Assembly (NCBI GenBank): GCA_022711335.1
Contig: JAKLFF010000004.1
Coordinates: 10,592 to 74,591 of the forward strand
Reading direction: 5' to 3'
Origin: Patescibacteria group bacterium
GTDB taxonomy: Bacteria > Patescibacteriota > Minisyncoccia > Moranbacterales > UBA2206
DNA length: 64,000 bases
Below are positions 10,951 to 20,945 of this stretch, piece after piece. The notes beneath the pieces are model-generated. The model did not search any database. It was given only the letters and a program-made list of their open reading frames with translations, and was not told the DNA's origin. Made by a program: the position numbers and the translations under genes. Within the stretch, counting starts at the first letter, position 1, and each line of letters begins with the position of its first letter.

Positions 10951-11373
10951 TTAAAAATAAAGGCCCGCGCTTAAGATCAAATAAACAGTTTTTATCAGAA
11001 CCACTCCGGAAAGGCCGACGATTATGCCAATAATTGAATAACTCATGGCGTTCTTGGCTCTTTTCATTTGATCATCGTCTCCAGCGCTAAGAAGATACAA
11101 TATTCCTGAAATTACAAATCCCAAAATTCCCAAAAATCCAAAAAGATAAAGTATCCATTGAAGAATGCCAACGACGATTCCAGTAACCGATCCTCCAGGC
11201 AATCCAAAATAGGAAAGATAACCTGGATTCCAGCCGGAAGTGGAATAATTGCCGCTGCCCGGAGCAAGATATCTCCATTCCCATTCAGCCGAAGAAACAA
11301 ATGGAACTAGAATAAGCGCCAAAGAAAAAAATACTGCAAATGCCCTAAAGCTTATTTTGTTTTTTATTTTCAT
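10951..11373 (-). CDS. TrbC/VirB2-type pilin-like protein
   Basis: Signal peptide then ...ILYLLSAGDDDQMKRAKNAMSYSIIGIIVGL...; paralog of the neighbouring genes. Confidence 0.65.
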   Translation of the reverse strand: MKIKNKISFRAFAVFFSLALILVPFVSSAEWEWRYLAPGSGNYSTSGWNPGYLSYFGLPGGSVTGIVVGILQWILYLFGFLGILGFVISGILYLLSAGDDDQMKRAKNAMSYSIIGIIVGLSGVVLIKTVYLILSAGLYF

Positions 11374-11412
11374 TTTTTAGTCCTTAATTTTTCTTTTTTT
11401 ATTATACCACAA

Positions 11413-11451
11413 ATAAAAAAAACGACCAGTTTTTTTCTGGCTCGTTTTTTT
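11413..11451. terminator. Bidirectional intrinsic terminator
   Basis: Arms CGACCAG and CTGGCTCG (one-base bulge), flanked by A8 on one side and T7 on the other. Confidence 0.6.
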
Positions 11452-11473
11452 GTTATTGAAAATATTTTTTGGT

Positions 11474-11836
11474 TTATAGCCTGTTCCCCGCGCTAAGAAG
11501 ATTGGCGGCAAAACGAAGAGCTACTACTCCGGCAATCGCGACAATTACTCCAATGATGGAATAGAGCATAGCGTTTTTGGCTTTCGTAATCCGATCGTCA
11601 TCTCCGGCTGCTGTCAAATAGAGAATTCCGGCAATCGCAAATCCGATTATTCCCAAAAATCCGACAATGTAGAGCAGCCATTGGGTAACGCTTATAATTA
11701 TCTCGGTTACTGATCCTTCCGGGACGCCTGTTCCAGCTGGAATTCCAAACTGCGCGCCTGCCGCCACTGGCAAAGAAAGGGCCAGAACAAAAGCAAATGA
11801 AACTATTGATTTAATTTTATTTTTCATAACTTGCAC
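11474..11836 (-). CDS. TrbC/VirB2-type pilin-like protein
   Basis: Signal peptide then ...ILYLTAAGDDDRITKAKNAMLYSIIGVIVAIAG... Confidence 0.65.
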   Translation of the reverse strand: MQVMKNKIKSIVSFAFVLALSLPVAAGAQFGIPAGTGVPEGSVTEIIISVTQWLLYIVGFLGIIGFAIAGILYLTAAGDDDRITKAKNAMLYSIIGVIVAIAGVVALRFAANLLSAGNRL

Positions 11837-11894
11837 CTCCCTTCTTTTTGACTGTTAAGAGATATTAACAGAAATTTTTATTTTTATTTTGTAT

Positions 11895-12671
11895 CTACTG
11901 CCCTGAAATTAAACTTGATATCTCATTAATAATGACCACTGCCGAAAGCGCTACAACAATTCCAATTATGGCATAAACAATAATTTTCTTTCCGGTTTCA
12001 ATTCTCTTTTCATCCCCATAAGCGGTGAGATACATTCCTCCGCCGACCACTAGGGATATTATAGCGATAATTCCGAAGATTGACAACAGAAGATTCAAAA
12101 TATTTATGCCAATTTGATAAAGAGTCGGCCCAGTAAGGCCCGCGGTATTCACCCCGCTTGAGCCTCCAAGGATATTTATGATTTCCGTGAGAAACGACGG
12201 CGCCGCAAGAACAATGGCCAAGCCGATAACCGCCCCGGTCCAGCAGAGCTTCGCCCGCGTTATCATCTTTTCGCTTCCGGCTGAAAGCATATAAAGGATT
12301 CCGCCGAGCACTATAAAAATGATGGCTACCACCGCAACGATACTTCGAAGGCTTGTCAGAAATTTATTCAAAAACTCGCTGACTGTCTTTATGCCAAGAG
12401 GATTGGGAAATTCTGCCGTAGCGCTGCTACCGCTTGCAGTGCTAGCAGCACCAGAACTTGAGCTACTTGATTTGCAATCAGAGGGACATGAACCATCTAT
12501 TATCGTTCCCGCACAATCATAAATCTGTTGGCTAGTTGTCGCATTGCTACATTGAGAACCTTCGGTAATAATACAGCATTTAGTATCAGCACTGGCAGTA
12601 TTAAATATAATTCCAAATAAAAAAACTAAACTACAAACAAAACTATATAACAATATTTTTTTATTTTTCAT
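11895..12671 (-). CDS. TrbC/VirB2-type pilin-like protein with two tandem pilin modules
   Basis: Signal peptide; Cys-rich N-terminus; Ser-rich linker; two copies of the TM-AGSEK/YGDEK-TM module. Confidence 0.6.
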   Translation of the reverse strand: MKNKKILLYSFVCSLVFLFGIIFNTASADTKCCIITEGSQCSNATTSQQIYDCAGTIIDGSCPSDCKSSSSSSGAASTASGSSATAEFPNPLGIKTVSEFLNKFLTSLRSIVAVVAIIFIVLGGILYMLSAGSEKMITRAKLCWTGAVIGLAIVLAAPSFLTEIINILGGSSGVNTAGLTGPTLYQIGINILNLLLSIFGIIAIISLVVGGGMYLTAYGDEKRIETGKKIIVYAIIGIVVALSAVVIINEISSLISGQ

Positions 12672-12688
12672 TCTAATAAAATAAATAG

Positions 12689-14077
12689 TTACCTAATTAA
12701 TTGTCCCGCTCTGGCCGCCGCGGTTTCGAGCGCTTCATGGACTGTCAGCTGCCCGCGGTTGACTTTGTCGATCATTTCAGAAAATATCGTTTCAATCGCT
12801 TCCGGATCAACTTGCCTCCATGATTTAGCGATCAGATTGCCTTCGGCAAACGCTCCGATTTTCGGATCAGATTTCTGGATTTCAATAAGATCGCGCCGGG
12901 CTGCCGGTTTTCCGGTGTTTTTTGCATAAACCGACGCCGGATCATAATTGGAATTAGCCGTCTGCGTCGTTCCCGCCACACTTCTCTTTATCTCAATCGG
13001 AGTTTCTGACTTTGTTGCCAGATAAGCCAGAAATTTCCAAGCTTCTTCAGCTCTTATATCATTAGTTACATTAGTTGAATTCTTGGATGAAATTTTATTT
13101 TTGGCCACCCCATACGCCCAATAATTCGCAAAATTCACCGGAATTCCTTCAGCAAACTGCGGAATGGAAACTGCCGCGAAATTCAATTTCGGCGATTTGC
13201 TTTTTATCGTATCCATGTGCCAGGAATAATTGAACATCATTCCCAGATTCCCTTCCGAAAAGGCGTCGATGGAATAATGCATGTCCCTGTTCCAGGAATA
13301 TTTGCTCGAGCCGGATCTTGCAAAATCAATATAAAAAGTCAGCGCGTTTTCCCCGGAGGAAATCATTTTTCCGTTCACCATCTGGATCTGATTGAAATTT
13401 ATGCTTCCGTCATCGGCAACCATTTTTGTTCCGCTCTGGAGCATCAGCATAGAGAGAATGTCTGTTGACCGGTTTATATTATAGGCCGTCCCAAGAGCTG
13501 CGCCCGATCTTGAAATTTGCCCGTTTCCCTCTATTTTGGTAAGTTTCTCAACATCGGTTATAAATTCGCTCCAATTTTTCGGAGGAGCGGTTATAGAGGC
13601 CGCATTAAAAAGATCTTTATTATAATACAGCCCGAGACAATCCACTGAAAGCGGCGCCGCCCATACTTTCCCGTCACTCAAAAAATCATCAGCTACGACA
13701 TCCACAAAATCTTTTCGAAGCTTCTGCTCATTCAAAACCTCCTGCGGGGCAGAAACTATTTTATCCTGGAACTTGGGAAGCCAGGTGTTGTGGAGAAGAA
13801 ATACATCCGGCCCTTGTCCAGCCGCCATTGCTTCTATCAGTTCTTTTTCATATGTATCAGCAGAAAGCTTTTTATATTCGATGCTTTCAATGTTGGGGTT
13901 GATTTTCTTGTAATTTTCAAAAATCTCCGGAAAAACTGAACTGTCGTCTGCAAATCCCCAGACTTCCAGATTAATCCGGTATTTTTTCGGATTGCTTTCT
14001 TTGCATCCGCATCCGGAAAGCACAAAAACTCCTAGAATTAAAAAAAACGATATTACTGGTTTTAATTTAATTTTCAT
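12689..14077 (-). CDS. ABC transporter substrate-binding lipoprotein (family 1, sugar-type); no permease or ATPase nearby
   Basis: Lipobox LSGCGC; 462 aa with the solute-binding fold; flanking genes are unrelated. Confidence 0.6.
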   Translation of the reverse strand: MKIKLKPVISFFLILGVFVLSGCGCKESNPKKYRINLEVWGFADDSSVFPEIFENYKKINPNIESIEYKKLSADTYEKELIEAMAAGQGPDVFLLHNTWLPKFQDKIVSAPQEVLNEQKLRKDFVDVVADDFLSDGKVWAAPLSVDCLGLYYNKDLFNAASITAPPKNWSEFITDVEKLTKIEGNGQISRSGAALGTAYNINRSTDILSMLMLQSGTKMVADDGSINFNQIQMVNGKMISSGENALTFYIDFARSGSSKYSWNRDMHYSIDAFSEGNLGMMFNYSWHMDTIKSKSPKLNFAAVSIPQFAEGIPVNFANYWAYGVAKNKISSKNSTNVTNDIRAEEAWKFLAYLATKSETPIEIKRSVAGTTQTANSNYDPASVYAKNTGKPAARRDLIEIQKSDPKIGAFAEGNLIAKSWRQVDPEAIETIFSEMIDKVNRGQLTVHEALETAAARAGQLIR

Positions 14078-14082
14078 TATTT

Positions 14083-14652
14083 TTATTTTCCCAGCACCAA
14101 GCCATAATGGAAGTTGCTGGCTTCTATTTCCTTTACGATTTTTAATTTGTTTTTTTGGGCTATTTTAATCAGGTCTTTTTTGGAAATTTTATTTTTTCTG
14201 TCCGGACCGATAGGCAGATCTTTTTCTTCCCATTCAATGATGAGCATTTTTCCTTTTTTTCCGAGAATTCTCTCGGCTTCCAAAAGTATCCTATCTTTGC
14301 CGCTATTTTGAAAAAGCATATTAACCGCAACCACCCAATCGACACTCCCGTTTCTAAGGCCCGACCCTTTTTCTGCTTCAAGGTTGGCTTTCTTAGTCAT
14401 TATATTGGTAATTCCTTCTATTCTCGCGCGGCTTTCGATCACTTCTAGTTTTTCTCTGCGAACATCCAAAGCATACACAATTCCGTCAGGACATATTTTT
14501 TTGGCTATTGGAACGGCAAAATATCCCGTACCGCAACCGAAGTTGGCCACCTGCATTCCATTTTCAAAATCCAGGCTTTCTATTATCACTTCCGGTGCTA
14601 TAAATTTTGATCCGTATTCGATAGCCTTTGATAATTTTTTATTTTTGTCCAT
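14083..14652 (-). CDS. Class I SAM-dependent methyltransferase
   Basis: Motif I ANFGCGTGYFAVPIA. Confidence 0.65.
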   Translation of the reverse strand: MDKNKKLSKAIEYGSKFIAPEVIIESLDFENGMQVANFGCGTGYFAVPIAKKICPDGIVYALDVRREKLEVIESRARIEGITNIMTKKANLEAEKGSGLRNGSVDWVVAVNMLFQNSGKDRILLEAERILGKKGKMLIIEWEEKDLPIGPDRKNKISKKDLIKIAQKNKLKIVKEIEASNFHYGLVLGK

Positions 14653-14698
14653 CGCGTTCTTATTTTACAATAAAAAGCAAAAATCGACAAACCTTTTC

Positions 14699-14788
14699 TG
14701 GCGGAAGTGGGAGGATTCGAACCTCCGGTACCGTTTCCAGTACAACAGTTTTCGAGACTGCCCGATTAAACCACTCTCGCACACTTCC
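14699..14788 (-). tRNA. tRNA-Ser(CGA)
   Basis: 90 nt; long variable arm; anticodon loop CUCGAAA; T-arm GGAGGTTCGAATCCTCC; CCA encoded. Confidence 0.8.
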
Positions 14789-14885
14789 GTATTCTAAATC
14801 TATACAATTTTACGCTTCCAATCAATAGCGCGCCTTTTTAGAAATATCTGATATAATAAAACCAGCTAAAATATAAGATAAAAAA

Positions 14886-15527
14886 ATGGGGCTGCTTTTC
14901 AAAAGAAATCTGGGAGGAAAAAACATTTCGTTTAAAAAACGAGTGGCTGATAGCGCAATTTCCAACAGCTATATAAGGGAAACAATAAAAAAATCGAGAT
15001 CAAAATTCGCTCTGGGAAAATCCGGAGCCGCAAAAAGAACTGAAAGAGATATTATAAAAGCTCAAGCAGGCGGACTGGATCTGAAAGAAACTCACGAAAT
15101 AATCCAAAAAAGAATCGCTGCTGGAGATATCACAAAAGAAAAAGCTAAAAAGCTGGCTATCGAATGGGGACTTACTGAAGAAAGGTTTCATAAATTCAAA
15201 GATATATCTGAATGCAAAAATATCCAGAAAAGGCAGGAATGGATGGAAAAAGCGCAAAAAAAATCAAATACTCAAAAAAATGGGCCGGCCAATGCCCAAA
15301 ACAGCCCGCCAAAAGGATTTTCAGCCAGGACAAATTTAAATAAATCAGCAGTTTTTCCAGCGAATATTGATTCGCAGCCGGCGCTAAAAATTGCCAGCCA
15401 AAGAAAACTTGCTAATCTGGAAACACAAAATAACGAAGAGCCGGTAAAACCAAAAAATATATGGGAAATTATAAACAAGCAAAAACACCGCGATGCTTTC
15501 CCGGAGGATAGCCAGAAAACCGCTTGA
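14886..15527 (+). CDS. Hypothetical K-rich protein
   Basis: 213 aa; no motif recognised. Confidence 0.4.
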   Translation: MGLLFKRNLGGKNISFKKRVADSAISNSYIRETIKKSRSKFALGKSGAAKRTERDIIKAQAGGLDLKETHEIIQKRIAAGDITKEKAKKLAIEWGLTEERFHKFKDISECKNIQKRQEWMEKAQKKSNTQKNGPANAQNSPPKGFSARTNLNKSAVFPANIDSQPALKIASQRKLANLETQNNEEPVKPKNIWEIINKQKHRDAFPEDSQKTA

Positions 15528-15626
15528 ATCTTTATTTCATGGCAATGCATTAGCGCGGGGTTTACACAAACCAATATAAATGATAGCCTGAAATAAGCAC
15601 TTTTCGGGAACAATTATTCAACGCTT

Positions 15627-16127
15627 ATGCCAAATTTTCAACAATTTATTCAAAACAACTGGCTTATTCTTCTGCAAGTTTTTCTTTTTCTTCTTTTTTT
15701 TATTTTAATCTGGAATATCGTTCTGACCCTTAAAATGAAAAAAATTAAGAAAAATATCCAGGAAATGTTTTCTGGGAACAAAGTCACTAATCTTGAAGAA
15801 CTTTTGCTTGGACAAGCTAAGAATATCCAGATGTTAGACAAAGACATCCAGGAACTCTATGACATTTCCAACCAAATCAATTCCTTGGCCGGAAAGGGGC
15901 TTCACAAAGTAGGAATGGTAAGATTCAATCCCTTCAAAGATGTCGGCGGCGATCAGAGTTTCGCCATCGCGCTTCTCAATGGAAAAGGAAACGGCTTGAC
16001 GATAAGCTCGCTCTATTCTCGAGAAGGAACTCGGATTTATTCCAAATCCATAACATCCGGAGAATCAGAAAAGCATCCGCTTACCGAAGAAGAAAAAGAA
16101 GCTATTAAAATCGCGGAAAAATCATAA
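15627..16127 (+). CDS. DUF4446-like protein with an N-terminal TM
   Basis: ...[30 protein letters not shown]... pattern. Confidence 0.5.
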   Translation: MPNFQQFIQNNWLILLQVFLFLLFFILIWNIVLTLKMKKIKKNIQEMFSGNKVTNLEELLLGQAKNIQMLDKDIQELYDISNQINSLAGKGLHKVGMVRFNPFKDVGGDQSFAIALLNGKGNGLTISSLYSREGTRIYSKSITSGESEKHPLTEEEKEAIKIAEKS

Positions 16128-16158
16128 AAATGAAATTCTAATCAATGCTATTTGCGCT

Positions 16159-17946
16159 ATGCCGGAAAAAAGTCCAAAAAAAATAAGCTTGCCGCCTTCT
16201 ATCACTGTCAAAAAATTCAGCGAGCTTTTGGATTTGCCGGTAAATATTACCATTTCCGAACTTATGAAAAACGGAATTTTGGCGACTATCAACGAACCGA
16301 TTGATTTTGAAACCGCCTCCATAATTGCCAACGATTTGGGATATGAAACTGAAGAAACCACTGAAATTTCTGAAAAAGAAATGACGCTCGAAAAACTGAT
16401 CGAGATTTTAAAGCATGAGAAAGAATCAGGAGAAAATCTCAAAAAACGCCCGCCAGTCGTCACCATTTTGGGCCATGTCGACCATGGGAAAACCACTCTT
16501 CTCGACACCATTCGAAAAACCAATGTTGCCGCCAAAGAATCCGGCGGAATCACCCAGCATATAAACGCCTACCAGGTAAAAAAGAAAGGCGAACTTATAA
16601 CTTTTGTGGACACTCCGGGACATGAGGCTTTTAGCGCTATGCGCGAACGTGGAGTGAGTCTTGCCGACATTGCAATTTTAGTGGTAGCCGCCGACGATGG
16701 CGTCCGTCCCCAAACTAAAGAGGTCATCCAATATCTTCTCGAAAAAAAGATTCCCGTTGTTGTTGCCATAAATAAAATCGACAAACCAGAAGCTAATATT
16801 CAAAGAGTTAAGCAGGAGCTGGCTGATAATGGCATCCTCCTTGAAGACTGGGGCGGCCAAGTCCTTTATTCCAAAATAAGCGCCAAACAAAATATCGGAA
16901 TTGACGATCTTTTGGACAATATTTTGCTTGTAGCCGAAGTCGAGGATTTCAAGGCTGATTACAAGCGCGATGCTTTGGGAATAGTTCTGGAGTCGCACCT
17001 TGATCCGCAAAAAGGCCCGGTTTCCACGATTCTCATAAAAACAGGCACGCTTAAAGAAGGCCAGGACTTAGTTGCCGGATCAGTTTTTGGAAGAGTGCGC
17101 CGAATTGACGATTTTAAAGGGAATAAAATATCTCAAGCCCCCCCATCGACTCCCGCCAGTATTATCGGGCTCCATTCTGCGCCCAATTCAAATGATATTA
17201 TTCAAGTCGTTTTGGATGGAAAAATAAAGAAAGACAAATTGGGGACTTCCGAAAATTCCCAAGATTCAATCGGAGCTGAGGCCCTAACCACTCAGAAAAT
17301 TTATAAAACCATCGCCGATGAAAAAATCAAAAAACTGAACGTCATTCTCAAATCGGATGTGCAAGGGTCGCTTGAAGCCATACAGCAAATACTTTCCGAA
17401 ATAAAATCTGAAGAAGTTGCGGTTAGCTACATTAGTTTCGGCGTAGGCAATATAACCGAATCCGACGTAAGGCTGGCCGGAAGTTCAAATGCCGTCATCT
17501 TCGGGTTCAATGTTAACGCTACTCCAGTTGCCAAAAGAATGGCGGAGACTTCCAAAGTGGAAATTAAAAATTATAAAATAATTTATGAACTGGTTGAAGA
17601 AGTGAAAAGAAGGCTCATCGCCCTTCTGCCCCGGGAATTTGAAAGAACCGATTTTGGAAAAATGAAAGTGCTGGCTATTTTCAGGACAGATAAGGAAAAG
17701 AAGGAAATGATTGTCGGCGGAAAAGTAACAAATGGAAAAATCGCCAATGAGTCGCTGATAGAAGTGCTAAGGGGAGAAATTCCTATCGGAAAAGGCACCC
17801 TCAAAAATCTCCAACAAAATAAAGTTAACGTCAATGAAGTCGCGTCCGGAAACGAATGCGGCATAACTTTCAAAGGTGAAACAAAGATTAAGGAAGGCGA
17901 CATCTTGCTTTCCTATAAAGAAGAAGAAAAGAAAAAAACATTATAA
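16159..17946 (+). CDS. infB: Translation initiation factor IF-2 (short form)
   Basis: G domain [27 protein letters not shown]. Confidence 0.9.
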   Translation: MPEKSPKKISLPPSITVKKFSELLDLPVNITISELMKNGILATINEPIDFETASIIANDLGYETEETTEISEKEMTLEKLIEILKHEKESGENLKKRPPVVTILGHVDHGKTTLLDTIRKTNVAAKESGGITQHINAYQVKKKGELITFVDTPGHEAFSAMRERGVSLADIAILVVAADDGVRPQTKEVIQYLLEKKIPVVVAINKIDKPEANIQRVKQELADNGILLEDWGGQVLYSKISAKQNIGIDDLLDNILLVAEVEDFKADYKRDALGIVLESHLDPQKGPVSTILIKTGTLKEGQDLVAGSVFGRVRRIDDFKGNKISQAPPSTPASIIGLHSAPNSNDIIQVVLDGKIKKDKLGTSENSQDSIGAEALTTQKIYKTIADEKIKKLNVILKSDVQGSLEAIQQILSEIKSEEVAVSYISFGVGNITESDVRLAGSSNAVIFGFNVNATPVAKRMAETSKVEIKNYKIIYELVEEVKRRLIALLPREFERTDFGKMKVLAIFRTDKEKKEMIVGGKVTNGKIANESLIEVLRGEIPIGKGTLKNLQQNKVNVNEVASGNECGITFKGETKIKEGDILLSYKEEEKKKTL

Positions 17947-17955
17947 TCAAAAATT

Positions 17956-18285
17956 GTGAGTACCAGAATTGACAAAATCAACGAGCTTATAAAACATCAA
18001 GTAAACGATATTATATTAAAAGACCTCTCTCTAAAAAGCGGGGTTTTTGTTACCATATCGAAAGTTGACACTACTTCTGATATGCGGTATGCTCGGGTGT
18101 TTATAAGTATTTTCCCAGAACGCGAAATTAATTATGCGGCTAAAACCCTCAATCGGGAAATCTTCCGCATTCAGGGAGAACTGAATAAAAGACTAAAAAC
18201 AAAGATTCTGCCTAAGATAGAATTTCGAGTCGATATGACAGAATCCAAAGCGGATAAGATTGAGAAATTGCTCAAAGAATTATGA
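17956..18285 (+). CDS. rbfA: Ribosome-binding factor A
   Basis: RIDKINELIKHQV...RYARVFISIF; non-ATG start. Confidence 0.8.
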   Translation: MSTRIDKINELIKHQVNDIILKDLSLKSGVFVTISKVDTTSDMRYARVFISIFPEREINYAAKTLNREIFRIQGELNKRLKTKILPKIEFRVDMTESKADKIEKLLKEL

Positions 18286-18372
18286 ATTTAGAATAAAGAA
18301 TCATGAATTTCCATATTCAAAATTCAATATCTCTATTCTAAATTCCAAATTCACAATTCTAAATTCTTTTCT
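18286..18372. repeat. AT-rich hairpin-forming short-unit repeat (GAATTT/AAATTC units)
   Basis: Intergenic imperfect palindrome of AATTC/GAATT units. Confidence 0.5.
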
Positions 18373-19332
18373 ATGCCTAACTTTTTCCAAGAATTTCATA
18401 CTCTGAATTATACTATCAAGAATTCTGATAACGTTCTTCTTTTTGCCCATTCCCGGCCAGACGGCGACACGGCCGGCGCCAGCCTTGCTCTCAAGGAATA
18501 TATAAAAAACATCGGCGGAAAAGCCGAAGTTGCCTGTTTCGATCCCCTGCCGGATTATCTGAAAGATACTACTGGGAATGATTTTAAATTTCCAAGCCAA
18601 ATTGATCTTGGTCAATATAAATTAATAATCGCCACCGACAGCGTAGACCGCGGGTTTAATAAAATAAAAGATCGGGTTGGTGAAAATCAAATCACCGCAA
18701 TTCTTGACCATCATCCAGATATAACGACCCGCGGCGATATTAATATCATAGACCCCGCTTTTTCCTCTGTTTGTGAAATTGTATATGAATTTTTCATCTT
18801 TAATAAAATCGAAATCAATCGGAAGATGGCCACTTGTCTCATGCTCGGAATTTTGGGGGACACTGGAATGTTTCAACATTCCAACACCACTCCCCACGCG
18901 CTTGAAATCGCCTCCCATCTCATGAAACTCGGCGCCCCCCTTTCAAAAATAGTCCAGATGTCTTTTTCTAACAAAAAAATCTCCACCCTGAAGCTTTGGG
19001 GCAAAGCATTTGAAAAAGCCAAGATCGATTCAAAAAATGGAATGATCTTCACGGTCCTCACTCAAAATGATATCGCGGAATGTGAAGCCAGCAATGACGA
19101 CATTGCCCAGGTTTCCGGGATTCTAAACACCGTTCCCGGAACCCGCTTCGCCATGATTCTTTCCGAACGGGGAGACGGAATTGTAAAGGGTAGCCTGCGA
19201 TCGGAAGAATATAAAGATGTCGACGTTTCCAAAATCGCCGCAAGGCTCGGTGGTGGCGGCCACAAACTGGCGAGCGGGTTTGAAATCAAGGGAAAAATCG
19301 TTGAAACGGAGGATGGATGGAAAATAATATAA
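18373..19332 (+). CDS. nrnA: DHH-DHHA1 phosphoesterase (NrnA-like oligoribonuclease/pAp phosphatase)
   Basis: LLFAHSRPDGDTAGASLAL, DHH, GGGGHKLASGF. Confidence 0.8.
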   Translation: MPNFFQEFHTLNYTIKNSDNVLLFAHSRPDGDTAGASLALKEYIKNIGGKAEVACFDPLPDYLKDTTGNDFKFPSQIDLGQYKLIIATDSVDRGFNKIKDRVGENQITAILDHHPDITTRGDINIIDPAFSSVCEIVYEFFIFNKIEINRKMATCLMLGILGDTGMFQHSNTTPHALEIASHLMKLGAPLSKIVQMSFSNKKISTLKLWGKAFEKAKIDSKNGMIFTVLTQNDIAECEASNDDIAQVSGILNTVPGTRFAMILSERGDGIVKGSLRSEEYKDVDVSKIAARLGGGGHKLASGFEIKGKIVETEDGWKII

Positions 19333-19408
19333 AATTAAAATGTAAAAATCAAAAATTAAAATTTATGTGTCGCTTCGCGACATTTTTTTTGTATGCTAAG
19401 ATAATCCT

Positions 19409-20233
19409 ATGAACATCGGCTGCCACATTTCCATCGCCGGAGGAATTCAAAATGCGCCTGAGCGAGCGCACGATTTGGGATGCGAAGTGATGCAAATTTT
19501 CACCCGCTCTCCCCAAGGAGGAAAAGCGCCGGAGCTTACTAAAGAAATTATTAATTCATTCAAAATTCAAAATTCAAAATTCAAAATTCTTAATACTTAT
19601 ATTCACACACCGTATTATATAAACTTCGCTTCCGGCAACAACCGCATCCGCTACGGATCAGTGAGTGTCGTCCGGGATGAACTGGAGCGCGGAAGCCTCC
19701 TCGGTGCGAAATATGTCATGACTCATCTTGGATCAGCCAAAGAATTGGGACAAAAAAAAGCCCTTACCAAAACGATTGAGATGCTCAAAAAAACTTTGGA
19801 AGGATACGCTGGAACAACTAAATTGCTCTTGGAAAACAGCGCTGGAGCTGGAGAAATCATCGGCGATGACTTATCGGAATTAGCCGGAATTATTAAGAAA
19901 GTCAACCATCCGGCTTTAGCTGGAATCTGTCTTGATACCCAACACTCTTTTGCTTCCGGTTATGACTGGCGGGATTTTGAAAAAACCATCAAAAAGATTT
20001 CTTACGAAGTCGGACTTCGTAAGATCAAACTTATCCATGCCAATGACAGCCAGACCGATTTTGATTCTAAAAAAGACCGCCATGAACATATCAGGAAAGG
20101 AAAAATAGGTTTGGACGCTTTCAAAAATATCGTCGCTTTTGCTCAAAAAAATGAGATTGATATGATTTTGGAAACCAAATGGCCGGAAGTGAAGGAAGAC
20201 ATAAGTGTGTTAAAAAAATTAAGAGATGCATAA
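19409..20233 (+). CDS. nfo: Endonuclease IV (AP endonuclease family 2) with an in-frame repeat insertion
   Basis: MNIGCHISIAGG...; the insertion NSFKIQNSKFKIL is encoded by tandem AAATTCAAAATTC units at about 19555-19600. Confidence 0.8.
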   Translation: MNIGCHISIAGGIQNAPERAHDLGCEVMQIFTRSPQGGKAPELTKEIINSFKIQNSKFKILNTYIHTPYYINFASGNNRIRYGSVSVVRDELERGSLLGAKYVMTHLGSAKELGQKKALTKTIEMLKKTLEGYAGTTKLLLENSAGAGEIIGDDLSELAGIIKKVNHPALAGICLDTQHSFASGYDWRDFEKTIKKISYEVGLRKIKLIHANDSQTDFDSKKDRHEHIRKGKIGLDAFKNIVAFAQKNEIDMILETKWPEVKEDISVLKKLRDA

Positions 20234-20234
20234 T

Positions 20235-20322
20235 TGTCATTCCCGCGAAAGCGTGAATCTAGTAAAGTAAAAAACCAATAAGTTAAGACTGGATCCCGGG
20301 TCAAGCCCGGGATGACAAATCT
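20235..20322 (+). promoter_or_regulatory. Two-hairpin RNA motif (GNRA-loop hairpin A plus TCAAG-loop hairpin B) occluding the downstream RBS; copy 1
   Basis: ATTCCCGC-GAAA-GCGTGAAT at 20239..20258 and ATCCCGGG-TCAAG-CCCGGGAT at 20293..20313; the GGGA of hairpin B lies 14 nt before the ATG at 20328. Confidence 0.5.
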
Positions 20323-20327
20323 ATCTT

Positions 20328-20831
20328 ATGAAAATAGCTATCATTTCCGACATCCACAATAACACCACCAATCTTCAAAAAGTCCTGAATTACTGCAGAT
20401 ATAATGAGATTAAAACCATTATCTGTTGCGGCGATCTGGCGTCAGATGAAACGCTGGATTTTTTAAATGATAATTTTAACGGAGCAATTCATTATACTTT
20501 TGGCAACATGGACAATGATCAGTTAAAAAGTCATTTAGACGCTAAAATATATAAGCACACAAACATTTATAATAATTTTGGGGAAGTTGAGATAGAGAAC
20601 AAAAAAATCGCTTTCGTTCATTTTCCAGAAATTGCCAGAAAACTTGCGGAAACTGGGAAATATAATTTCGTTTTTTATGGCCACACCCACAAGCCTTGGG
20701 AAGAAATAATCGGAAAATGCAAAATGCTGAATCCGGGAAATGTAGCGGGAGAGATATATTTTCCGACTTTTGCAGTCTGGAACACAGAAAATGATAAATT
20801 TGACCTTATAAGAATTCACAATCTTAAATAA
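20328..20831 (+). CDS. Metallophosphoesterase (YfcE/MJ0936-like)
   Basis: MKIAIISDIHNN...CCGDL...GHTH. Confidence 0.7.
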   Translation: MKIAIISDIHNNTTNLQKVLNYCRYNEIKTIICCGDLASDETLDFLNDNFNGAIHYTFGNMDNDQLKSHLDAKIYKHTNIYNNFGEVEIENKKIAFVHFPEIARKLAETGKYNFVFYGHTHKPWEEIIGKCKMLNPGNVAGEIYFPTFAVWNTENDKFDLIRIHNLK

Positions 20832-20945
20832 TAGAATTTTGAATTTAGTATTTGGAATTTGGAATGAGAATCAAGAATATAGAATCTAGATTCAAAATTC
20901 CGTATTCTCATTCTAAATTCTGAATTCACAATTCTAAATTCACAA
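20832..20945. repeat. AT-rich hairpin-forming short-unit repeat
   Basis: Imperfect palindrome of GAATTT/TAGAAT units. Confidence 0.5.
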
